64,000 nt of DNA from NCBI GenBank assembly GCA_028534125.1, contig CM052817.1, positions 49,354,001 to 49,418,000 of the forward strand, given 5' to 3'. The notes under the pieces were generated by a model, which saw only the letters and a list, made by a program, of their open reading frames with translations, was not told the origin of the DNA and searched no databases. Within the stretch, counting starts at the first letter, position 1. Each line of letters starts with the position of its first letter. This DNA is from Lama glama (lineage: Eukaryota). Made by a program: the position numbers and the translations under genes. This document shows, in pieces, positions 51,201-64,000 of this stretch.

Positions 51201-54200
51201 TGTATCTTCAATTCCATTCTTCTTAACCACTTCCTTTCTCAATTATTGTTTGTTTTCAAATTCAGTTTAAAATTTATCTCTAAAATCAATGATATTCTAT
51301 AGATATCTTAAAAAAAAAGCTGGGAATCTTCAGTAAATAGAAAAAATTTGCATTACTCATCACATAAGAACCATTTCAGGCTTAATTTGGAATTTTATAA
51401 GCACATAAACAAAGGCCTAAACAGGAATTAGGCTCTCCTGTCTCTGTTTATTGGTATTTTAATTATACCACTATAAGCACCTTTACTTTTCAGCTAGAAG
51501 GAGGAATATGACAGGAGAAAATGCATATACTTATTTTTATAAAAATAAGTCAATGTTGAAAAAGAATAATCAATGATCTTTCATACACAGTACTATTTTA
51601 AAAGCTTTAAATAAATTATCTCCCTTAATCCTTGAATCAAACTCATGAGATACCTAATACCATTATTTTCATTTACAGAAAAGGAAAACTCAACTTAGTG
51701 GGGAGGTTAGCCAAATTGGCAAGGGTTCCACAGTTCTTAGGTGACAGAATCTAGTTTCTAACTTGAAAATACAAGCCACAAAGAGCTAGTCTTATTAAGA
51801 GAAAACAAAAATTTTTACTACTATTCTAGGGGGATCCTACGTCTAAACTAGTTTAAAGATGGAAAACTCCAAGGAGATAAGTTCCTTTTATTTTAGTTTA
51901 AGTATCCTTCCCTTTGTAATGTATTATTAATTGCTTCTCCAAATACACAGTATTAAAAGCTCGTAAATAATGCTGATTTTCCTAACTTAGGGCAGAAAGG
52001 AAGGGCTAAGCAACACATATCAGCACAATTGTAGCGCCAAGCCCATTTAAAGCTAGCAACCTTGGGGACATAACAATATTCAAATAACTAACTGTAGGGA
52101 AAACCATTTATTTTCAGGCTTGTTGGCTTTGAATAATGATATCTGACTTTCAAGTTTTAAAATCTTTTCCCTCAGGGCAAACTATAAGACTTCAAGAGAA
52201 TACACTGAAGCTTTTTAGTATAAAATGACTGAGAACTTCACCCAAACAGATGAGAAACAGGTTTTGTCAAATCCCAAATTTCTTTCTCATCCATGTGTTT
52301 TGTTCACTGACTACACATTCCTACATAGCGCCTGGCATATAGTAGGAACTGAATTCATTCAATCAATGAATATAACATGTACATGAAAGAAATGAGAAAA
52401 ATAAAACTTTTAAAAATTTTTAATTATTTCCTTTAAAAATTCTAGCATTTTTTTTATTTTTCCTCTATGAATATTTAAGAATATGAACTTTACAGATTTA
52501 ATGCAATCCCTATCCAATTACCCAGGACATATTTCACAGAACTAGAACAAATCATAATAAAATTTATATGGAACCATCAAAAAAAAAAAAAAGAATATGA
52601 ACTTTATAAATTGATCACAAAGGATAATACATTTCTTGTTGCTATTTAAAAATAATATGTTATGTTTCTAAGTACTAAAAGGATGTCTCACTAAGATGGA
52701 ACAGGAAAAATGATAGAAGCAGAAGTTAAGATCTTGCCCAACTATTTTTATATAATGTTAAATATAGCATTATCATGAAAAAATCTCCAAGGATTTTTTC
52801 ATCTTTTTTATATAACTTTTTTTGTATAAATCACTGCTCTTCCCTCTCCCAACAATTATTCTCAGGTCAAAAAAACAATGAAAGTCACCTAACAAATAAA
52901 CCTGTAACAACCTTTACTAAATCACTTTTGTAAGGACGGTACTGAAATTCTTGAGAAAAAATAAGGTAGAATAAACTAGAATGTAGGAAATTCATGACAA
53001 AGAAACTAAACTGTGATCCCTTGTATTTAAAAATGGACATTTCCTAATCAAGGCATTCCAAATCCACCCCATTTTTCTTTTGCACATGATTATAAAGAGA
53101 AACTATTCCAAGATAAAAATTATAATGTCCTGCATACTGAATACAGTCTCTAAAACATGTTCCACATAAGAGCTCTTCAAAGGAAAGGCCATATATTTCC
53201 CTTTAATAAGGAAAGTAAGACTTCTAGGTACGTCTTTTAAAACAACAAATCTAACAGTTTTAGTATCAAGGTTTTGTAAAACTATTGCCTATCATTCAAT
53301 CTGAAATATTTTATCCACAAATATATAAAGTATTAATCAGTACCTTGTGAAATATCAGCATCTAGGAACTTATTAAAACTACAGATTATTTCAGGTCCTA
53401 TTCATATAATTCTACCTTATTTGACTTAAAACAAGATATACATAAATTCTAAGAAATATTGTTCCTAACATGGACATCAAAAAGAAGACTCCTAAAATAA
53501 ACTCTTACAGGTGTTTCACATTCTCCACATAAAGGAACATTCATTCATACTGCCAATGCAATTTTTGTTCTCTCTCCATTATCATAAATTATAAAATGTG
53601 TATCCCATCAGTTTGCAAAAAGTATGACAGAATCAGAGTAAAATAAAAGTTTTCCACAAGTTTTTTTTTTAAATATCAAATGCAACTACTCATCCATTCA
53701 GTTTAACTCTTTAACCTCCTTCAAAAACCCATTTAAACTCCCAAACCTAGAACTCTAGTGAGTACAAGGGTGGAAGCACTTTAGCTGCCAATTAGAAAAT
53801 ACTTGGCCATCTGCTCTATCATTTACACTACATCAAGAATATGATTTACTAACAATGTATTACTAAGATAACAACATTCTATAATACTAAAATTGTAACT
53901 ATCATATATATCTAAATAGGATTTTTCTAATGTTTAGTACATCTTGCCTATAAAGCAGACGTAAGATAGCCATGAGAGTGTCATCATCACATAGAGGCCA
54001 GGGGTCTTTAAGTACCCTGATCTCTCCTTGCTCTACCCTCTGAACTTTCCCCCAAAAGAGGGTCCCCTCAAGCTAGTGACTGCCACCACCTCCCACTTCT
54101 ACATTCAAGTCCCAAGGGTCAGATATAGTGGGAGGGCGTGTAGTACTGAAGGAATTACTCAAGATGGCTCTTACCCCATCTCTTCACAAGAATTTTACTC

Positions 54201-56121
54201 TTATTTTCCATCTTGTACCTTTATACCCATCCTTTTGGTAATCCTGCCCCAGTCAGTCAACCCACAGGTATAGAACTGAAAGGAAAGTCTGTTGTGCTCC
54301 CAAAAGAAAAAGAAAGTTAAGTTGTTTAGATTTGCTGCCACATGATAGAAATGTAGAAGCACTTAACGTGAAAATACTGTAAATATCTAGCAGACAGGTT
54401 CCACATGAATATACTTCATGTACTGTAGTGTTTAAATAAGCTGTTGTTGGTTAGTACAGAAATCTAAGAATTTATAACATTAAAACCTCACATACATCTC
54501 CTTATGGAGAAACAGACTAGCGTACATTTACAATTAATCAATTTGTAGCCAGGAAATACCTTTACTAAGATATGTAAATCTTACTCAAATGCATGTATAA
54601 TACATAAAAGCATGCTATACCAAAAAACTCACTAGGCAGTCTTATTAACATCCCAGTCTTATTAACGGCCCAAGCACCTCAAAAATTTTATAATTTAACT
54701 TAAACAGGTTTAAGAATAAAGCCAATCAGGCCAATTAAAAAAAAAGACAAAACTTTACAGATTAAAAACTAGTACCTGATCCATCTGTGCCTGAACCAGA
54801 TCTGACAGATCCATCCGTGAAGGAAACAGATTCAGAATCAGAGTCACTAGCCTCACTTCGAGTGTCATAATCATTTCCCTCTTCCTTCTGGTCTCTCTCA
54901 TCCTGTTCATACTCTTCTTCCTCCTCCTCTTCTTCCTCTTCCTCCTCTTCCTCCTCCTCCTCCTCTTCTTCTTCCTCCTCTTCCTCTCCGTCTTCATCCA
55001 CCTCTTCATCTTCCTCTGCATCTTCTTCTACCTCTTCATCTTCCTCCACATCTTCCACCCCTTCCTCCTCATTCTCAGTGTTGTTGCCTTGCTCATCAGA
55101 AGAACCACTGCTGCCAGTCTCATGGTCGGAGCCATATTCTTCAGAGTTCACCTCTTCCTTAGAAGACTGGCTGGATCTGCTTGCACGTCTATCCACTTCA
55201 AGCCCAATTCTCTGATGTTTAAAGAAAAAGGGAATCAGGAGTCATGTAACAGACAAGGTCAGAGTGAATAAATAGTTCTAGCCTCAAAAAGAATTGCTTT
55301 CTGTTTTATATTTGCAATAATATTTACTACCTCAGAACCATCTGGCGTAGGGGATTTGATCCTCCTTTCAGGATCCCTTTTCCGCAGACAAGTTTTTTCA
55401 GGTTGACTCTTATAAGGTTCTCTAGAGGCACTGCTTGACAAACGAATCTTCCGATCAGCTTCCAGACGCTTGTTTCTTTCAGCTCTTTGATATTCTTCAT
55501 TTTTATACTCTGTAACTGACTTTCCCTTTGTACTAACCATTCTTTTGTTATTGCTAACTGATGAGCTCAGGGGCTTAGAAATTAATTGTCTTGAATGAAC
55601 AGAAGGCTTCTGTCTCTTTGTGTCAGAGGATTCCATTCGATCACTTTTTCTTTTTGATCCTTAAAAATACAAAGAAAAAAAAAAGAGTCTTGAGTATTTG
55701 ATTTATTTCACCCAAGATTAACAGGTAAATATATCAGAGAGAAAAAAGCCTCTTCTCATTAATGTCTTCTGAAATATGTTTACTCCAAAGTTAATCATAA
55801 AGAAAAACAGCTTTCAAATACTGGAATAAACCCCATGCAAATGTCTGAAAAAAACTTATTACTCTTATTCATGTGGAATTGGGTCCCACTGTTTGTTATG
55901 ATTGTGCTTTTGGTGTTAAGAGTCTTAAGGAACAAGTGCAAAAGTGAAGACTCTTTCTTAAGAAATTAAATCTCTATTTATACTGGCATTTTAACAAAAA
56001 TAATAGAAATCTTTCATACCCTTTTTCTCATTTTTATCTTGTTCACTCTCTGGATTATACAGTTCATCATCCTGTTCTGGTACTTCAGTCAAAATATCAT
56101 CTAGAACATTAAGTTCTCCAT
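32982..56121 (-). CDS. YTHDC1: YTH domain-containing protein 1 (nuclear m6A reader); spliced CDS, exons 2-17, exon 1 outside window
   Basis: 16 GT-AG exons sum to 2168 nt and stay in frame. With the expected 28 nt from exon 1 this gives 731 aa. Glu-rich region, YTH domain, Pro-rich region and RE/RD tail match the recalled human YTHDC1. Confidence 0.98.
35252..35386 (-). CDS. YTHDC1: YTHDC1 exon 16
   Basis: [18 protein letters not shown]...YRDKRV; ag/gtaagt. Confidence 0.95.
35640..35900 (-). mobile_element. MIR SINE
   Basis: ccaggcactatcctaagcact...catttaattctcacagcaacc...gcaaactgaggcac core. Confidence 0.8.
36861..36923 (-). CDS. YTHDC1: YTHDC1 exon 15
   Basis: [21 protein letters not shown]; ag/gt. 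Confidence 0.95.
37031..37070 (-). CDS. YTHDC1: YTHDC1 exon 14 (alternative acceptor extends it to 37094)
   Basis: (R)[13 protein letters not shown]; cag/gtaagc. Confidence 0.93.
37167..37203 (-). CDS. YTHDC1: YTHDC1 exon 13
   Basis: [12 protein letters not shown](R); cag/gtaagt. Confidence 0.95.
38464..38546 (-). CDS. YTHDC1: YTHDC1 exon 12
   Basis: [27 protein letters not shown]; ag/gt. Confidence 0.95.
41034..41200 (-). CDS. YTHDC1: YTHDC1 exon 11
   Basis: [55 protein letters not shown]; ag/gttaga. Confidence 0.96.
42182..42266 (-). CDS. YTHDC1: YTHDC1 exon 10
   Basis: [28 protein letters not shown]. Confidence 0.96.
46662..47020 (+). mobile_element. Probable ERV1-type solo LTR remnant
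   Basis: tgttg...gacccaagatggag...cagccaat...ccaatcaga...aaaagctttct; boundaries and family uncertain. Confidence 0.4.
47047..47150 (+). mobile_element. tRNA-derived SINE, Vic-1-like (camelid)
   Basis: gggggaggatgtagctcagtg (A box)...agcatgcacaagatcctgggttcaatcccc (B box), A-rich tail, TSD aaacgatataca/aaacaacataca. Confidence 0.8.
47768..47885 (-). CDS. YTHDC1: YTHDC1 exon 9
   Basis: [38 protein letters not shown] (aromatic-cage Trp of IHW). Confidence 0.96.
47966..48074 (-). CDS. YTHDC1: YTHDC1 exon 8
   Basis: [36 protein letters not shown]. Confidence 0.96.
49389..49483 (-). CDS. YTHDC1: YTHDC1 exon 7
   Basis: [31 protein letters not shown]. Confidence 0.96.
50058..50111 (-). CDS. YTHDC1: YTHDC1 exon 6 (54-nt cassette exon)
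   Basis: [18 protein letters not shown]; frame-preserving, phase 1 on both sides. Confidence 0.93.
50575..50664 (-). CDS. YTHDC1: YTHDC1 exon 5
   Basis: [29 protein letters not shown]. Confidence 0.96.
52493..52590 (+). mobile_element. 98-bp L1 ORF2-internal fragment with poly(A) and 16-bp TSD
   Basis: TSD aagaatatgaacttta at 52477-52492 and 52591-52606. The insert is homologous to L1 ORF2 at ~24268-24352 of this window; A-run from 52579. Confidence 0.9.
54776..55211 (-). CDS. YTHDC1: YTHDC1 exon 4 (Glu-rich)
   Basis: [17 protein letters not shown]...E25...GSGTDGS; cag/gt. Confidence 0.97.
55331..55659 (-). CDS. YTHDC1: YTHDC1 exon 3
   Basis: [18 protein letters not shown]...KSPTPDGSE. 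Confidence 0.97.
56020..56121 (-). CDS. YTHDC1: YTHDC1 exon 2
   Basis: [33 protein letters not shown]; cag/gtatga. Confidence 0.97.
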
Positions 56122-56534
56122 CTGAAAACAAAATTAAAAATAGGGAAAAATCATTATCATTAAACATTTATTTCTGAGTACTTACTATGTTGAGGCTAAA
56201 GAAGTATAAGGACATAACCATCAAGGAGCTTTTATTTCAAGACACAAGAATAATTCCTGTAAAACCATACAAGATAAAGGATGTGACAGAGCTCTGATTC
56301 ACAAAGCGAGGAGGAGTATATACCCCATAGAATACGAAAAAATATACTGGGGTACAAAAAAGAAAATGTAAGAACTTCTGTATGTGTATCTCACCCTTTA
56401 ATTTCTAACTTTAATAGCTGTTTTAAAATATGCACAATAAACTAGCATAAAAATACATGTGCATAGTATAACTTTTAAATAAATATACATTTATCAAAGA
56501 CTGTGTACTTCCAGCAAAATACTTATTGATTACC

Positions 56535-57240
56535 AATTTACAGTGGAGAAACCTGGCAGACTCCAGCTTAACCAACTAATGAAAGTTCATATCACCAGTA
56601 GTGGTCAAATCAACATCCTGGACCCTCTGGTATGACGCACTATTCTATGAATAGAACAATTCTGTAATAGATTCCAATGAAATATGCAAAATCTGAACCT
56701 ACACATGAGGAAACAAATATTAAACAAACCCAAATTAAGGGGCAACCAAAAATATCAATGACATGAAATACAAACACTAAGGAAATACTTCAGATTAAAG
56801 AAGACTAAAAGATACAATAACTGAATACTTACTGTATATGATCTAAGACATTAACTGGAAAAACTAGTAAAATCTAAATAAGGTCTGTAGATTACAAGTT
56901 ATCAATGTTAATTTTCTAATTTTGATAGTACTATATAGTTAAGTGAAAGAGAATCCTACTTTTTAGGAAACATTTAAGGATTTGGGGGCAAAGAAGCATC
57001 ATGCCTGCAACCGACAAAAGCATTCAGGAAAAAAAATGTGTCTGTGTGCATACATCCACACATATATACAGAGAGAGAGAGAGAGAAATAGAAAAAGCGA
57101 AAGAGAATGAGTTAGAGAGAAAGATAAATGTGGTAAAATGTTAACATTTGTGGAACGTGGTTGAAAAGCAGAAGAATTCTTTGTACTAATCTTATAGTTA
57201 TCCTGTTTGTCTGAAATAATGTCAAAGCAAGTTAAAAGAA
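56535..57240 (+). mobile_element. Old L1MC-like 3' end in YTHDC1 intron 1
   Basis: tttacagtggagaaacctggcaga...aaatgtggtaaaatgttaacatttg. Confidence 0.7.
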
Positions 57241-59014
57241 AATTACTGATGTGCTACACAACCAAAAACATTTGAGGCTGCTAGTATGGACTATATTAAA
57301 TGCAACTTGTTCAGACAAGGGAACTACTGACAACAACTGATATTCAATAATCATGAAAACTAAGAATTCAAGTTTTATCACCCTATCCCCATCCCCACCC
57401 TCATCCAACAGGACAAAATAAGTCTTAGAAATACATGCAAATATTTATTTACTACTTTAAACTGATTTAAAAAAAAAATAAGGCACTAAAGCTAATGGTA
57501 AATGCTTTGAACACTAAATATTTCGGTATAAAAAAAAACCTCTGCAAATTTAAGGTGATGCAAAGAGGGTTATAAAATTATAAAAATTGATGAGATAGGA
57601 CAATTATATTTATGACTTCAGCCAAAAGGCAAAGCCCACTCAAAGTACAGCAAGGGCTGTTAACCTGAGGTCTACGAACAGGTTACAAGTGATTCAAATT
57701 TCTCCAAAGAGGGATAGAAATCAGTGACTGAAGAGAACTAAAAAAGTTAATGTAGGCATTGATAAGGAGGAAAGCAAGATTACACGGATACAGAAAAGGT
57801 AACAATGCACATATTCCTCTGTACTTATAGTCACAGTTGCTATTTAAGAAGAACACGTGAAAATTACATATGCCTGGAATAGCATAGTATCTGATATCTT
57901 TGGGTGGTTAAGAACGCTTATCTACACTATTTTTCTAAAATGAATGTATACTATATGGACTGTTTTCATTTGTGTTTATTTATTTTTTAAATGTTACTGA
58001 AAATCAAGATATGTCAAACAAAAAGGCTTCTCTCATCCTCTGCGTTCATCTTTTTATGGAAGAAATTCCCTCAAGATCTGAATGGTAGCAAACAATTTTT
58101 AAAGGATAGACTGTAAATAAAAAATTCAAAAACGTGTAATTTGATTTTTAAAAATCCACGTTTTTCAAATACTTAATGATTCTTGGGTCAAAGCTTTCTA
58201 GCCAGTAAAAAGGGGGCCTAACAGATTCTGAAAAATCAAATATATTTGTAGAACGAAAAGAAAAATACTAAAACTATCACAGGAAAACAGGCAACTAAGT
58301 AAATAGTGCTATAAAAATCTTTTCATGAAATCACTAGTTCTTAATAGAAATATCCCACCCAAAAGTTTGAACATTCACATGAAATTATACACTTTAATAT
58401 GTGCTAAATCTATTATAGAATTAAAGAACTGTGCAGGTTAATTAACTCCATTTAAATTTCAGGCATGCCTAAATCATGATTTCCCTACAAAAAGAGTATT
58501 ATTGTCTTTAAAAGCTTTAACAAATAATTGTATCAAATTCAAAGACTGGCTGCAGTTTTAGAAAGCATCTATAAATTTTTAAAATATTAACCAATTCTTA
58601 GTTTTCTAACATTTTATCACTCTCACATGTTATATATGACATATATAAGGTATGTTTTAAATCTAATACTTTGCAGATAAAGAAATACAATCTCAGAAGT
58701 TCAAGTTGAGCAAATTCACTTGTCTACAGTTCAGGCTTTGTAAACTCAGGGTTGAATTAGATGAGGAACATTAAAAGCACCTTTAAACAAAGTATAAGAG
58801 AACAACCAAACTGCAAAGTATCACTGAAAGATCTTGATTAATTTCAAGTTAGTACACTAGTAATTTCAAATTAGTGCACCAGAAAGCTCTGTACTAATAT
58901 CATAGCATCTTAAATTTACTTTAAGATGAACAATAGCATCCTCACTTAATGGTCTACACATTTTTATCCATATTACAGTCCATGACATCAATAATCTAAC
59001 TGTAGTTTTATCAC

Positions 59015-59195
59015 AACATTGGCAAGCTAAGACCTGCAGGACCAATCCCGCCCATGGCCTATTTTTGACTGACAAGTTGAGAATGGTTTCAGCATTTTTA
59101 AGGTTGTATTTTTAAAAAAAGAATGAAAAAATATATTACAAAGACCTTATGCGGCCCACAAAGCCTAAAATATTATCTACAATTTGCCAACCTGT
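59015..59195. mobile_element. hAT-Charlie (MER58-like) DNA transposon relic
   Basis: gcggcccacaaagcctaaaatatta...tttgccaacc resembles the recalled end motif. Confidence 0.5.
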
Positions 59196-59629
59196 GATAT
59201 AAGATATATCATATTTTAAGATACTTTCCTCCACCACTGAAACCACTCATGTATTTGCCGAAATATGATACACAGGAGAAAGAGGTTTGTATTTGTAAGT
59301 AAGAAAATCCAGGTCATCATTTAAGAGCCAGGTATCCTTGGGAAAGTCTCAGTCTGAGCTTCAGTTTCCTCACCTCTGGGAAAAGGCATTTAAAACAAAA
59401 AGATCAGTGTTTGGGGAAGAGGGGAGAGGAGGTAGTTTTCTAAATCCTCTGATAAGCCTTTCCAGTCACTATCAGATTCTAATGAACTCTGTCTGCCACA
59501 AACCTTGCTAATGACTAGGGTATATGACACACAAAAACTGGTCCAGAACATAAAACAAAATCCTCTTAGTAAGAAATATATAAATGTTCTGATTATCTAT
59601 TGATGTAAAGATTATATGTTACTCCAAAA

Positions 59630-60065
59630 CTTGACGATGATCTAAAACAATACAATGATTTATTATTACTGCTTATGGTTCTGAGGCTCAACTAGGGTCT
59701 CTCATGTAGCTGCAGTGAGGGCCAGCTAGAATCATCTGAAGGCTTGCTTATTCACATGTCTGGCGGGAGCCTTGGCTGGGAAGACTCAAAAAACCTGGGG
59801 CTACAAGGGCATTCCTTTCCAAGGTCACTTGCCTCTCCACCAAGGCAGCTTCAGGGTAGGCTGACCTCTTACATGGTTTAGAGCTCTAAAGATGTACAGC
59901 TCAAAAAAGAAAGGGCCAGGCAGAAGCTCAACAACACTGCCATAGTATTTTATTCAGAGACAATCACAAAAGTCTACTAAGGTTCAAAGAGAGGAGCCAT
60001 GGATGGACTTCACCTATTGTTGGGAGAAACGTCAAATAACTTGGCAGACGTTTTCAAAACTACCA
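59630..60065 (-). mobile_element. MLT1-like MaLR LTR remnant
   Basis: atttattattactgcttatggttctg...tctcatgtagctgcagt...cttacatgg...aggttcaaagagagg. Confidence 0.55.
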
Positions 60066-63000
60066 CCGTCAGCTTAATTTTGGTTTAACCTTAATGATTT
60101 TAATAATAAATGTATGGAGTGTTTTTAAACATCAAAATTTGGTTTAAAAAGAGCTCACAGTATTGCATTATAAAGCTAAAAAGCTGCTTCCACTTCTTTC
60201 ATTGGCTAGAAAAAGTACACTCTGTATATATTTTAATTCATTTTTTCAATTTCAAGTCAATTAGTTATAAAGAAAGGGAAGATTATTTTGGTAGTCTCAA
60301 AGCTACTATTATTAAAGACTAAACATAACTGGCATAACCTTTTCGGAAAGAAATAATTATCTCTAATAATTAAAGTAACATCCATTGGTTCTCTACAGTG
60401 ACTTTAAGCTACTTTAATGTTTTAAATCATTTTCGTTATCCTGAAATGTAACATTATTATTCTGTATAATGATGCAGATATATTTAAATACTTCACAGTT
60501 GTTTGACAGCAGCACCTTAAGAATACTGGTAATAAAATGAACAATGGTTAGCAAACACCAGTTAAGAAGAATTTTATGAACACAATTTATATAGTATAAA
60601 AGTGACTCAAATGCAGTTATTTCTGAGTTAAAGCACTTCATATTTTTTGAGAAGTCTATATAAAGAACTATACAGTCTTTTCAAAAAAGCACTTTAAAAC
60701 CCTAAAAGTTGTATTTTAGACGCCACGACAAATGAGTTTTTTTACATCAGTGCAAATCAACTCAAATGAAACAAAATAAACAGCATTTCCACTTAAAGCT
60801 AAAATTCAAATCCATACAAAATTATATACTAACAACCTGTAGATGAACCTAGCTCTTGGATGCTTTGTTTTTAAAAACTCCAGGGATTTAATATAAAAAT
60901 CCAGACCCTACATTTTCTAAAAAAGACGATTTCATCATTAGCGGCCCAGACTCTCATCTAGAAATGAGCTGGAGCAGTCCTAACAGTCTCCTGCTAAGAC
61001 ACCGTGAAGGTAACTTATGCCAAGGTTGTGCATGAGACAATCTGGGTTTATGCCCCATAAATCAAAGTATTTACTAATACTGCCTGAACACAGACCATGT
61101 TTACTCTTTTATTCCTTATAACCTAATACTCACCATTACATACTGTATTAAATGAGTACTTTATCTGCCTGACCCTAGAATGCATACAAACCTATAACTC
61201 TTAAACAACACTGATATTAAATAAATGCAAATAAACTTAAGGTTCAAGACACTGAGGCACAGGGACACCAAACTACAGTTTTAGTATATATACAATACTT
61301 TGTAAAAGAGTAGGAATGCTTAAAGAGACAAGCCTACTTAACTCCAGTACTACTTAACTGCCTTGACAGAATGCAAGCACCATGATGTCAGATCTTACAA
61401 ATTTTCAAGAGGATTCCCAAATTCAGATTTTTATTTGGAATTTTCTGACTTTTAAATGCTGCCTTAATTAAAAACAAAACAAAGCAGACTACTGCTAGCT
61501 TGATTCTTCTATGGAAATGCAATCATCTGTGAATATTTTGCTTTCACAATATATGATGTGCTTCTATGGACTTGATCATCATTACTGGTGCAAAGGAGCA
61601 CAATCTTAGTTATTGTCACAAACTATAATTAGCAAACTGAATTTTAGGATAAAGGTACAGATTCACAGGTATAGGAAGCAAAACAAGGAAATAAGTCACT
61701 GTTTTTAGAACCTTTTCAAAACTGTGTTAGAATTAACAGGGCTCGTCTTTTTGCTTGATTGGGAGATTTTGGTCTGGACAAGATAAACATGGGAACTTTA
61801 AAAAACCTAACTAGCTTTCAAAGCAGTTTAACCTTTAGAAGGTTATGTATGGAACAAGTATTCCAAAATGAAGCCCAAACAATTAAAATAACTTGACTAA
61901 AATCTCACAGCTCTGATTCCAAATTCAGTGCTCTCTTTACTATACCAGAATTACATCTTAATGTTGAAATTCTTGGCCCAGAAAGGCCACAAACCTTACT
62001 TAACTCCAGGGATTATCAGCGTAGAAAATTAACCTTTATCTGAGACACAGTTCATTTTCTTGACCCTGGAAGTTTGTGTGTCAGGAGACACAAAGTACTA
62101 TTTATTCCAGGATCCAGCATCAGACTAAGACCTGAAATATTTAAAGGAAAAAAACAAACAAACAAAAAAAAACACTGGGCAGTTAAATATACAATGAATT
62201 TTGTTTTCCAACACAAGGCACCAAAGTACACTATAGTTTTAATTTTATTTCACTTAATACAGTTTCAGTGGGGTTTGGCAATGGAGTAAGATTTCCTGGA
62301 GCCTCCCCTTCTGTTGTGCTTTACGTTAGACCAGTCTTTCAGTTACTTTTTGTCATTCAAAACTGTCATTCCTCTATATGAAGTGTAGAGACTTGGATTT
62401 CCCACCCCATACAAATTTACTGTCTTCCAAAAAGCATACAAGTGAAGTCTAAGGAGAGCATTTAAAATCTCTTGTCTTACTTCTATTATGGGTAAAACAA
62501 ATATACTGGAATATCAAATATATACTCCATGCTTTATAAAGCCCTAACTAAAGTATAAGTCAATCTAACCGTAAGGACTTACCATATATTGGAAGCTACA
62601 GTATGTAAATATGTGTGTGTGTGTGTGTATATAACTGTGTGTACATATTTATATGCAACTGTGAGTGTGCACATATACAATTTAAACTGAGAAACTCTTA
62701 GCTTTGGACATCAATAACAAATATCACATAACTAGTCAGTTATTAAAGAAGTCTGATCTTGAGCTAATGATTTACAACCTTCTAAATCATTTATTCAAGG
62801 CACTGAGACAATTACTGTATACCACGAACCCGGTAAACTCCTGGCCCTCATGGAGCTTCCAGTCTGATAATGTACAAAACACGTTACTTTTGAAAGTGGT
62901 ACCTTGTTATCCATGTTTTAGGTATGTTAAACTTGTATAGCTGTTTGTCAGAGAGAACTTTGTAAGAGCTTAAGAAGTAAAATGTATACAAGGTGTTCAT

Positions 63001-64000
63001 AATAGAAAAGATGTGTATTTCCCCATATAGAAAAATGGCATTTAATTTTAGCTACCACCACCAACATTCCAACAATTCCAAATCCATTTTTTGGACAAAT
63101 AATCACCACAGGAATCAGAGGGAGCTGGCAATTTCTCCAGCTATAGGCTTCAGCTTCTAGGTATGGGTATTATAGGAGCATTTATAGAAGGTAATGTCTG
63201 CTTAGTACACAGCTAATGTACAAAGCCCAACAATCCAAGCATTTTATGACCAAAAGTCTTCTAACTATTCTGTGATTAATAGCAAACTTCTGCAACTTAA
63301 ACTCATTTCTTATCAAGATCTTACACCATTTACAGAATCTTTTAAGAAGGGACCAAAGGTTTGTTAACATGTCTAAGATCCTTACAGGGTTTATCTTTTT
63401 AATTTCCTAATGTTTCATATAAGGTAACTTATGATAATAAGTACTTAGCTTTCCACTTTTCTTCGTTCAACATGAGAAATCAAGTATTAATTTTAATTCT
63501 AATTATAATTCTGGCTGATTGACAGAGATGAAATAAGACACCCTAGGCCTCAGTTTCTTTATTTACAAAGTGGGTTATTCTAGAAATCTTCCCATTCCAA
63601 AATTAAATAAGTAATTTCAGTAGGTTTGTATTTGCTAGCTTTCCCAGTAAACTAGAGAAAATTAAGGTAAGTACTTGTATCATAAATTCTGAAATAAAGA
63701 AGTTGAACTATGGAAATTAAGTTTTTAAAAAAACTACACAAATGTGAGGCCTTTCAAAAGCTGGACAATTTAACCTAAGTATTGCTAATAGGGGGCATTT
63801 ACTACTTTCCAATAATAGTCACAAAGTTTAAGTATCTCAACTACATTTTCATCATTAAATCCATTTCTTAAACAAAATTTTTAAAACACTACCTACTTTT
63901 CTTCCTCCACATACTTTACTGTGTCTACTGTATCACTTTATTTACAACTTATGTTCATCTGAACGGACAATTAATTCTTGAGAAGTATTAAGTTTTACTC

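Noticed and set aside
54755..55021. Arg/Lys-rich 88-aa ORF
   Set aside because: Alternative frame of the poly-Glu codons in YTHDC1 exon 4.
56122..64000. YTHDC1 exon 1/promoter
   Set aside because: No CpG island or MAADSREEK coding start seen; this is intron 1 and exon 1 lies beyond the window.

Overview
Mammalian genomic DNA, probably a camelid: a tRNA-derived SINE at 47047 resembles the camelid Vic-1 family. The window holds: (1) two intact internal exons (3 and 4) of a UGT2B-type glucuronosyltransferase gene on +, followed by a 500-N gap, after which exons 5-6 were not found; (2) a full-length but decayed class I (gamma-like) endogenous retrovirus at 7992-17056 with both LTRs, a tRNA-Ile-like PBS and gag/pro-pol/env remnants; (3) about 15 kb of L1, LTR and DNA-transposon debris; (4) coding exons 2-17 of YTHDC1 (nuclear m6A reader) on -, with exon 1 beyond the window end. 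The strongest unexplained signals are a CpG-island-like patch with a YY1 motif inside the dead RNaseH/integrase region of the ERV, and a strand-specific cluster of nine GGACT (m6A consensus) motifs bracketed by unused strong splice sites in YTHDC1 intron 11. Two further signals are mosaic divergence between the LTRs and a young 98-bp prematurely polyadenylated L1 insertion with a perfect 16-bp TSD. All counts were made by eye, and repeat family names come from recalled consensus sequences rather than searches.
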